Positions 52,991 to 64,000 of a stretch of DNA of 64,000 nt are shown here, one piece after another. Within the stretch, counting starts at the first letter, position 1; every line of letters begins with the position of its first letter. The notes beneath the pieces are model-generated. The model made no database searches and was not told the origin of the DNA. It worked only from the letters and a program-made list of their open reading frames with translations. Both the position numbers and the translations under genes were made by a program. Source of the stretch: the human T2T-CHM13v2.0 reference genome, Homo sapiens; the NCBI RefSeq assembly GCF_009914755.1, contig NC_060937.1. One strand, given 5' to 3'.

Positions 52991-53138
52991 TACACAGACC
53001 AATGACACTATGAAGCAACGACATTAACAAGTCTGCAAAATTACCAGCTAGCATCGTGATGACAGGATCAAATTCACACACAACAATATCAGCCTTAAAT
53101 GTAAAAGGACAAAATGTCCCAATTAAAAGACAGAACAG

Positions 53139-53544
<406 letters not shown>

Positions 53545-56500
53545 TCATGTGTAAAGACACATACAGGCTCAAAATAAAGGGATGGAGGAAAATTTACCAA
53601 GCAAATGGAAAGCAGAAAAAAGCAGAGGTTGCAATCAAAGTTTATGACAACAGACTTTATACCAACTAAGATAAAAAAAAAGACAAAGAAGGGCATTACA
53701 TAATGGCAAAGGGTTCAATTCAACAAGAAAAGCTAGCTATCCTAAATATATATGCACCTAATACAGGAGCACCCAGATTCATAAAACAAGTTCTTAGAGA
53801 CCTACAAAGAGACTTAGACTTCCACATAATAATATTGGGAGACTTTAACACCCCACTGTCAATATTAGATAGATTATCAAGACAGAAAATTAACAAAGAT
53901 ATTCAGGACTTGATATCAGCTCTGGATCAAGTGGACCTGATAGATATCTGCAGAACTGTCCACCCAAAAACAGCAGGATATAAATTCTTATTGGTGCCAC
54001 ATGGCACTTACTCCAAACTGATCACATAATTGGAAGTAATACACTCTTCAGCAAATGCAAAAGAATTTAAATCATAACAAACAGTCTCTCAGACCACAGC
54101 ACAATAAAATTAGAACTCAAGATTAAGAAACTCACTCAAAACCACACAACTACATGGAAATTGAACAACCTGCTTCTGAAGGACTCCTGGGTAAATCATG
54201 AAATTAAGGCAGAAATCAAGAAGTTCTTTGAAACTAAGGAGGACAAAGAGACAATGTGCCAGAATCTCTGGGACACAGCTAAAGGAGTGTTAAGAGGGAA
54301 ATTTATAACAGTATATGTCCACATCAAAAAGCTAGAAAGATCACAAATCAATATCCTAACATCTCAACTACACGAACTAGAAAACCAAGAGCAAAAAAAT
54401 CCCCAAAGCTAGCAGAAGACAAGAAATAACCAAGGTCAGAGCAGAACTGAAGGAGATTAAAGACATCAAAAACCCTTAAACAAATCAACACATCCAGGAG
54501 CTGTTTTTTGAAAAAATAAAATAAAATAAATAGACTACTAGCTAGACTAGTAAAGAAGAAAAGAGAGAAGAATCAAATAGACAATTAAAAATGGTAAAGG
54601 GGATATCACCACTGACCTCCTGATACACAAACAACCATCAGAGAATACTATGAACACCTCTCTGCAAATAGATTTGAAAATCTAGAAGTGATGGATAAAT
54701 TCCTGACATATACACCTTCCCGAGGCTGAACCAGAAAGAAGCTGAATCCCTGAATAGACCAATAATGAATTCTGAAATTGAGGCAGTAATAAATAGCCTA
54801 CCAATCAACCAAAAAAATCCCAGAACTAGAAGGATTTACAGATTAATTCTACCAGAGGTACAAGGAGCAGCTAGTACCATTTCTTCTGAAACTATTCCAA
54901 ACAATTTAAAAGGAGAGATTCCTCCCTAACTCGTATTATGAGGCCAGCATCATCCTGATGCCAAAATCTGGCAGAGATACAACAAAAAAAGAAAACTTCA
55001 GGCCACTATATCTGATGAACATTGATGCAAAAATCCTCAATTAAATACTGGCAAACTGAATCCAGCAGCACATCCAAAAGCTTATCCACCACAATCAAGT
55101 TGGCTTCATCCCCAGGTTGCAAGGCTGCTTCAATATTTGCAAGTCAATAAATGTAATTCATTACATAAACAGAACTGAAGACAAAACCACAATTATCTCA
55201 GTAGACATACAAAAGGCCTTCAATAAAATTCAACATAGCTTCATGTTAAAAACTCTCAATAGACTAGGTATTGAAGGAACATACCTTAAAATAATAAGAG
55301 TATATTTAAAATAATAAGAGTATATATTACAAATCTACAGTCAATATCATACTGAATGGGCAAAAGCTGAAAACCATTCCGTTTGAAAACTGGCACAAGG
55401 ATGCCCTCTCTGACCACTCCTATTCAACATAGTATCAGAAGTACTGGCCAGGGCAATCAGGCAAGAGAAAGAAAGAAAGGATATTCAAATAGGAAGAGTG
55501 GAAGCCAAATTGTCTTTGTTTGCAGATGACATTATCTTATATTTAGAAAACCCCATTATCTCAGCCCAAAAGCTTTGTAAGCTGATAAGCACCTTCAGCA
55601 AAGTCTCAGAATACAAAATCGATGTGCAAAAATCGCAAGCATTCCTATATACCAACAACAGAGAAGCAGGGAGCCAAATCATGAATTAACTCCCATTCAC
55701 AATTGCTACAAAAAGAATAAAATACCTAGGAATACAGCTAACAAGGGAAATGAAGGACCTCTTTAAGGGGAACTACAAACCACTGCCCAAGGACATCAGG
55801 GAGGACACAAACAAATGGAAAAACATTCCATCCTCATGTATAGGATATAATCAATATTGTGAAAATGGCCATATTGCCCAAATTAATTTATAGATTCAAT
55901 GCTATTCCCATTAAACTACTATTGACATTCTTCACAGAATTCGAAAATCTATTTAAAAATTCATATGGAACTAAAAAAGAGCCCAAATAGCCAAGACAAT
56001 CCTAAGCAAAAAGAACAAAGCTGAAGGCATCACACTACTGGACTTCAAACTATAATACAAGACTACAGTAACCAAAATAGCATGGTATTGGTACAAAACA
56101 GACATACAGACCAATGGAACAACAGCATAGAGAACTCATAAATAAGACCACACATCTCAACCATCTGATCTTTGACAAACCTGACAAAAACAAGCAATGG
56201 AGAAAGGATTCCCTATTTAATAAATGGTGCTGGGAGAACTGGCTAGCCACATGCAGAAAATTGAAACTATACTCTTTCCTTACACCTTATACAAAAATTA
56301 ACTCAAGGTGGATTAAAGACTTCCATGTAAGACTCAAAACTATAAAAATCCTAGAAGAAAATCTAGGCAATACCATTTAGGACATAGGCATAGGCAAAGA
56401 TTTCATGATGAAAATGTCGATAGAAATTGTAGCAAAAGCAAAAACTTGACAAATGTGATCTATTTTAACTAAAGACCTTCTGTACATCAAAGGAAACTAT

Positions 56501-56783
56501 CATCAGAGTGAACAGACAACCTACAGAATGGGAGAAAATTTTTGCAATCTATCCATGTGGCAAAGATCTAATATCCACAATCTACAAGGAACTTAAATTT
56601 ACAAGAAAAGCTAACAACCCCAATAAAAAGTGGGCAAAGGACATAAACAGACACTTCCTAAAACAAGACATTTATGTGAACAACAGAAAAATTTTTTAAA
56701 AAGCTCATCACTGATCATTAGAGAAATGTAAATCAAAACCACAACGAGGTACCATCTCACACCAGTTAAGAATGGGGGTTATT

Positions 56784-57093
56784 GACCAGGCGCAGTGGCT
56801 CAAGCCTGTAGTCCCAGCACTTTGGGAGGCTGAGGTGGGTGGATCACCTGAGGTCAGGAGTTCAAGACCAGCCTGACCAACATGGAGAAATCCCATCTCT
56901 AATAAAAATACAAAATTAGCTGGGTGTGGTGGTGCATGCCTATAAATCCCAGCTACTCGGGAGGCTGAGGCAGGAGAACACTTGAACCCGGGAGGCAGAG
57001 GCTGTGGTGAGCCATGAGCCGAAGTCGTGCCATTGCACTCCAGCCTGGGCAGCAAGAGTGAAACTCTCTCCAAAAAAAAAAAAAAAAAAAAAA
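56784..57093 (+). mobile_element. AluSp inside the L1 ORF2 3' part
   Basis: cctgaccaacatggagaaat, ccattgcac, gcaagagtgaaact; TSD aagaatgg..g.ttatt with a 7-bp duplication (gaatggt) in the 3' copy. Confidence 0.95.
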
Positions 57094-58593
57094 GAATGGT
57101 GAATGGTGATTATTAAAAAGTTAAGAAACAACAGATATTGGGGAAGCTGTGGAGAAATAGGAACAATATTACACTGTTGGTGGGAATTTAAATTAGTTCA
57201 ACCATTGTGGAAGACAGTGTGGTGATTCCTCAAATACCTAAAATCAGAAATATCATTTGACTCAGCCATCCCATTACTGGGTAAACCCAGTATGGGTATA
57301 CAAAGGAATAAAAATCATTCTATTTCTATGTAATCATTCTATTAGAAAGATACATACACATATATGTTCAATGCAGCACTCATCACAATAGCAAAGACAT
57401 GGGATCAACCCAAATACCCATCAATGATAGACTAGAAAAAGAAAATGTGGTATATATACACCATGGAATACTATGCAGCCATAAAAAGGAACAAGATCAT
57501 GTCCTTTGCAGGGACACAGATAGAGCTGGAATCCATTATCCTCAGAAAACTAATGCAGGAACAGAAAACCAAACACCACATCTTCTCATTTATAAGTGGG
57601 AGCTGAACAATGTGAACACATAGACACAGGGTGGGGAACAACACACAATAGGGTCTGTCAGAGTGGGTGAGGGGAGAGAGAGCAACAGAAAAAATATCTA
57701 ATGCATGCTGGGCTTAATACCTAGGTGATGGGTCGATAGGTTCAGCAAAACACCATGGCACAGATTTACCTATGTAACAAAACTTGCACACCCTACACAT
57801 GTACCCCAAAACTTAAAATAAAAAAGTCCTTTTTTGTTCTCTCACCTAGCAATGTGTTTTTAATCTTTTCTTGTTGTTTTCTGTAACTGTAGTTTATTTA
57901 CATTAAAATATAGTATTTTGTTTTTGCTTTAATGGTCTTGATTTTTATGAATTTAATATAGTTCATTTGTTTGTTCTACTGATTTATTCTGTTATTGAGA
58001 ATCCTCCACATTTCTCATCTTGTTCTTTAAGGTGTGTTGATTAAAATTGTCCTTGCTTATTTCTGTGTAAATTTAGAACCAGTTTAACAACTTTCACTCA
58101 TATACCCAGAAAATGTTATTTAGATTAGAAATGCTTTTTTAAAAATTTACTCTTGTCTTACGCTTTTATTTCAGAGGCTGGAAATGCTGTGAATCTATAA
58201 ATAATCTAAGGAGAATGAGATATTTATAGAATTGAGTCTTTTATTTCATGTAACTTGTCATACATCTTCATCTATTTAGGTCAGGTAAAGCCACAGGGCC
58301 TAGAGTTGTTCATTATTGTCTTTGCACACTTTTGATTATTGATTTATCTCTTGTAATAATTTTAGAATTTTAAGATTTTATAGTATATTAATTTTTTTGT
58401 TGCTACGTATTTGTAGGTATTTCTGTATTAGACCTATTTTTTTTTTATGCCAAAGACTGAAGTCATGTAATATGAGTGACTCAGGATATTGTATTTTCAT
58501 GTACCTTATTCTAGTAGGATTACATGTTTCTGGTATGTTTTATACTTTTATATTTTTAACCACATAAAACCTTATTATTAAAGTTCTATACAG

Positions 58594-59110
58594 CAGCGGT
58601 CCCCAACATTTTTGGCACCAAGGACCAGTTTCATGGAAGAAAATTTTCCATGGACCTGCAGGGATGGTTTGGGGTAATTCAAGCATATTACATTTTTGTG
58701 CACTTTATTTCTATTATTTTTACTTTGTAATACATGATGAAATAATTTTACAACTCACCATAATGTAGAATCAGTGGGAGCCCTGAGCTTGTTTTCCTGC
58801 AACTAAACAGTCCCATGTGGGGTTGATGAGAAACAGTAACAGATCATCAGGCATTAGATTCTCATAAGGAGTGCACAACCTAGATTCCTTGTATGTGCAG
58901 TTCACAATAGGGTTTGTGATCCCATGAGAATCTAATAAGGGTGCTGATCTGAGAGGAGGTGGAGCTCACGCAGTAATGCGAGTGATGGGGAGCGGCTGTA
59001 AATATAGATGAAGCTTCTCTAATTTGCCTCGCTGGTCACCTCCTGCTGTGCAGCCAGGTTCCTAATAGGCAACAGACTGGTATCAGTCAACTGGGAGTTG
59101 GGGACTGCTG
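58594..59110 (+). mobile_element. MER1A (hAT-Charlie non-autonomous DNA transposon), complete
   Basis: TIRs cagcggtccccaac / gttggggactgctg; 8-bp hAT TSD ctatacag (58586-58593) and ctatacaa (59111-59118). Confidence 0.95.
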
Positions 59111-59451
59111 CTATACAAGTCAGCATTTGCTTGCATTTCTCCAAATAATAGTAATGTTCTTTTCTCAATTTTTAGCTTTTATTTCTGCATTTTCATCTTG
59201 GATTATTTTTCTTCTTCTAAAACATCATTATTTTAATTTTTTTTTTTTTTTTGGTATGACTTGTTTGTAACAAAATGCTACCTGGAAGGGTAATTGCTAG
59301 CCCTGAGAGTGGTTATTTCTGTGATGAAATCATTTAATTAGAAAAGATGGTTCAAAATTTACCCCTTATTTACTTTATCTCAAGTAACGAATTGCACCAG
59401 CTGGGTCTTTGAAAGTATTCATTTTGACTTCAAATCACTGGCCAGGGTTTT

Positions 59452-59748
<297 letters not shown>

Positions 59749-59959
59749 AGGCCAGAGTTTTTATGGGTGATAGATTTGCCCTAGACTTTCGTCTTGTAAG
59801 TAGAATCCATGCAATTGCAAATATATCCTACTGTATCTGGAGAAATGCCTGAGGTCAAATGGAAAGAGGATACAGAAACTCAAGGAGAAAGTTAGCTGGC
59901 TTTAATAATAAGATGTTGATGATTTATGAGAGGTCAAGTGGCTGGAAAATATTATTTCA

Positions 59960-61070
59960 AAAAATTATTTCTGAAAAATTCTTGGTCATTGTCTCTTCTC
60001 CTATTGTCTCTGTTCTTGGGCCTTCTCTTCCTCTATGGCTCTCATTAAAGCACATTAGACTTCCTCTTTGTGTCCTCCATGTTTTCATTATTACTACCCC
60101 ATAGTTTTTGAGGGATCTATCTAGATAATTTATTTTGGCTTACTTTTCAGCTTCCTAATTTTCTATGGTTTTTAAAGAATTTTGGGCCCAAACTTATCGA
60201 GTAAGTTTTAATAACGGTCACCGTTTTTTATTTTGTTTTTGTTTTCACTTCTACGGATTTTATTTGAATCTTTCTCAAATAATCTTAGTCATATAACACT
60301 TTCTGATTCCCGCACATATTTTCAAGCCTGCCTTATTTTTAACATCATAAATTTTGTTTCATAATTAGTCTGATAATTCCAATACGTATGATAACTGTGT
60401 GGGTGAATTTTTGCTGCCTGTTTTTTCGTACTTGTTTTCCTACCTTGTTCATTCTTCTGTTACTCTGTCAATTGTGTGACTGGTTCTTTTTGACTTTATA
60501 TTAGTCGCTATCTTTGAAAAGTAATTTTTGGACTTCTGAACAGCTGAGATGAACGTACCTCCTCCAGAAAGATTTTACATTTCTTTCTGCCAGGTGCCTA
60601 TGGTACTATCATTTAGACACTTCATCAACCAAATTCAATGGTTGAATTCTCTCGACCCTCCAAGAATATGTTTCCTTAGGGTTCTAAAGAGGATAGAGTT
60701 AGTCTTTATCTGTAAGTTTCTGATGCTGGGACTGGTGTAGGTTTATTTCTAATTCAAGCATACCAAAAGATGCTATCCTGAATTTAGAGAGAGTCTCCAT
60801 TTGTATCCATTACCTTGGCAGGACTCACGCTTTTATTTTCACCTTCCTTGCCCTCTTAGACCCTCCAAAGTAAGGGCTCAATGTTTCCAAGGTCTGCACA
60901 TACCCTGAAGGTCTATGTACTGCTTAAGACTCCAAACTGTTGCTTACTCTTAAGCTTTTGTCTAATAATTCTTTATTATTTTGTCATCTCCTTGACGGTT
61001 GTGGTAAGATTTGTACAGGCACTTTATCCAGTATACTTTGTTGTTTTAATGGAAGAATTAGTTTGAATAA
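59960..61070 (-). mobile_element. HAL1 or old L1ME-type fragment
   Basis: T-rich antisense LINE composition; cctccagaaagattttacatttctttctgccaggtgcct resembles a HAL1 hallmark as I recall it. Confidence 0.5.
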
Positions 61071-62524
61071 CGTTAAGTGACATTAGAGGAACATTTTCCT
61101 GGAAAATAGTTTACTTTTAATTTAATATTGGTTTTAACCTATAGTTACTGGGCATTCATTACATGGCAGACATTGTGTAAAGAATCTGTTTTAATTCTTG
61201 CAAAATTCCTGTGATATGTATTTGAAAAACGGTCTTGCCCAAAGTCACTAAAGGCAAAAAGAGAAATATCTGTATAAAAGAAAAACATTGCAATATGAAA
61301 TACGAAAACATTCTTTAGATTTCTCAGAGTTACCCAGTTAACTTTAGGAGAGAGTGATATTTATATAAAACTGTGTGTGTGTATAGATACACACACATAC
61401 ACACACTTATATATATAAAGAACACTATGTGGAGTACACATTTTATGAAGACTCCTCTCATTGTTCTAGAAAAAAAATGATGTTTGCAACTATACCTATT
61501 ATAAATGGAATAGTATGTTCATATATAGCAACAGCAACAGAGACAGTAAGAAATAGCAAAATATTATATGTAGATAGAACATGAAATTGGGAGTGATATT
61601 GTACTAATTTAATTTCAGTGTTATTGCATACTTAGCAATGGAACTTCATTCAAGTTATTTAACTTTGTCCATTTGTCACCTATAAAAAGACAGGAATATT
61701 ATTGATTTTATGTATTATTACATAGGTAGAATGTTGATGTAGTGGATATGAATTTAAAAAAGCAGATCATGGCACATTATAGCTTATAATCTGGTTATTA
61801 ATGTTTTTATAATTGTTATTTATTTGGGGAATAATAATATGTGCAGATTTCATATGCTTATAATTAATTTCATTCCAAACTATGTAGGCATTTTACTTTA
61901 TGATGAATATATCTGGAAAAAAAATCTTACCATACTTATGCTAAGGTAATTATAAAGCAGGAAATGTTGCAATTTATTTAAACTGAAGATGGGGGACTCT
62001 TATGAACAAACATAGCAGATGGCTTCTGTTAAAGTGGAACTAACAAAAAAACTTCTTCAAAAATAATGACCATTAAAGGAATGCAATTCAAATACCAAAC
62101 CAGTGTGTAGAACTGAAGAAATATTTCATTTAAAACTTAGGTAATTTAAAGAGAAGGTCACTGCTTTGAATTAATTTTTGTTCTGAAAGAGTAAAAGGTG
62201 AAACTGGCTCTCAAAAGAAGTAAGCAAACAACATAATCCTGAAGAATTAGGTGAAATAAATAGAAATAATAAGTAAAATAAACAAAAACAGTAGAAAGGC
62301 AGATCTCAGAGACAGTGTGTGAATAAGAGACACAGTGTGTGAATAAAAGGAATTCCACAAGAGAGATAAGGATAATTGAGTAATACTTTGCATAAGGATT
62401 TTAACTGGTAGCTGAATGGATTAACCAAGTCTCCAGCAAATTTAATAAAAATTAAATGAAAATACATAGATTTGTCCTCTGAAATTCCCAAATATAGAGA
62501 AAAATGGGAAAAAAGTATTTCCGA

Positions 62525-62528
<4 letters not shown>

Positions 62529-62574
<46 letters not shown>

Positions 62575-62579
62575 CGTGT
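62529..62579. repeat. (TG)19 plus (CG)/(TG) alternating purine-pyrimidine tract
   Basis: tg x19 followed by cgcgcgtgcgtgt. Confidence 0.97.
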
Positions 62580-63000
62580 TGGAATGGAAAGAAAAGCAGC
62601 CTTCTCTAATCAAGGTAGACATTTGTAATCAAGGACGAGAGAAGGCAGTGGAACAATGTTTGAAGATAAATGTAATAGACTTTTGAGTGATCATACAAAT
62701 TAAAGTCTAAAATGTACAGATTCATAGTATATTTTAACAGTTGTTTCTGATCTAAGGATGGTGCTTGTAATATTATGCTGAACAAAAGACAATTGAAAGA
62801 GAGTAGACATTCCAGAGAAGAAAAACCAAAAACTTCCTGAAGCGGGAAATAATAGTGAGTACTGATCCTAGATGACTTTCTCTATTAATGAGAATACACA
62901 CACACACACACCGGTGCACACACACACATTATTCTTGATACAACATAAGAGAATTCCTTTTAAATAACCTAAAATTAAGCCTTAAAAACTATGATAATAC

Positions 63001-63308
<308 letters not shown>

Positions 63309-63819
63309 CCTATGAGAACACAACCTAGGATTTTATTACAAGTTAGAGTATGGAAAGAAAAAAAAAACATTCTCAACTCTCTGGCCCAGCAACTGCTTCA
63401 TAGAAGATTCCCAATAAATTACAGCTATGAGAAAAGCAATCATAATGGAGCACTTCTGTGTGGCAATGAGAGATATCATCTTCTGGGTAAAGTAAGTGAC
63501 TAAAGTATGTATGAAAGGCAAAAGGACCTCTTTAATTCCTTTTATCTTAGGAGCAGTAGTCTCTGAGGATATAAGCTTGAGGCTTGCCCTTGGGAATGTC
63601 TGACATTTTAGATAATTTTGACAGGGATCTTCAAATTTTATGATGCCCGTATTGTGTAAAATAAAGTTCTAATGCCAACCATTAATGGCAGCAAAAAATA
63701 TATCAATAGGCAATGAGAAATGTAGATTTTTAAAAAATCAATTTCAGTCTGAATATTCAGAAACGTATTTCTATAACCTATAGATAGCTAAATATTACAT
63801 TGACCAAAGACTTGCCTTG

Positions 63820-64000
63820 TATATACATATACATGTGTATACATATACATAGCTTACAAATCTTACAATTATATATTATATACATACTATGTGTTATATA
63901 ATATAATATATATTATAGTACAATATATAATGTATTATAATATATAATTGTATATATTATACAATATGCTGTAAATACTATATATATTTATATATTATAT
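63820..64000. repeat. Degenerate (TA)-rich low-complexity repeat running off the window end
   Basis: tatatacatatacatg...atatataatgtattataatatataattgtatatatt. Confidence 0.9.

Noticed and set aside
53703-56699. ORFs with endonuclease and reverse-transcriptase motifs as a functional RT gene
   Set aside because: They are fragments of a dead L1 ORF2 with many stops, frameshifts and Alu insertions.

Overview
This is primate (most likely human) nuclear DNA: AT-rich, CpG-depleted and gene-poor, either intergenic or deep intronic. I find no protein-coding gene, rRNA, tRNA, CRISPR array or prokaryote-style system. The listed ORFs are chance ORFs or read-through of Alu, L1 and LTR sequence; the only recognisable protein remnants are broken ORF1/ORF2 of an old full-length L1PA (about 51.0-57.8 kb). 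Much of the window is interspersed repeat: about ten Alus or Alu fragments, L1PA/L1PB/L1M/HAL1, L2 and MIR relics, DNA transposons (MER2, MER1A, Charlie1, MER97-like) and two LTR pile-ups (8.1-13.6 kb and 41.6-46.0 kb), the second a multi-level nested MaLR provirus. The most notable signals are (i) several well-formed + strand splice-site pairs, the two best closed in all reading frames, which may be exons of a spliced lncRNA, (ii) fold-back hairpins and a templated insertion that look like template-switch repair scars, and (iii) candidate regulatory motifs (paired octamer/KLF plus CTCF in an ERV1 LTR, and a canonical G4). Repeat subfamily names come from my recall of consensus sequences, not a database search. 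I cannot support a previously undescribed biological system here.
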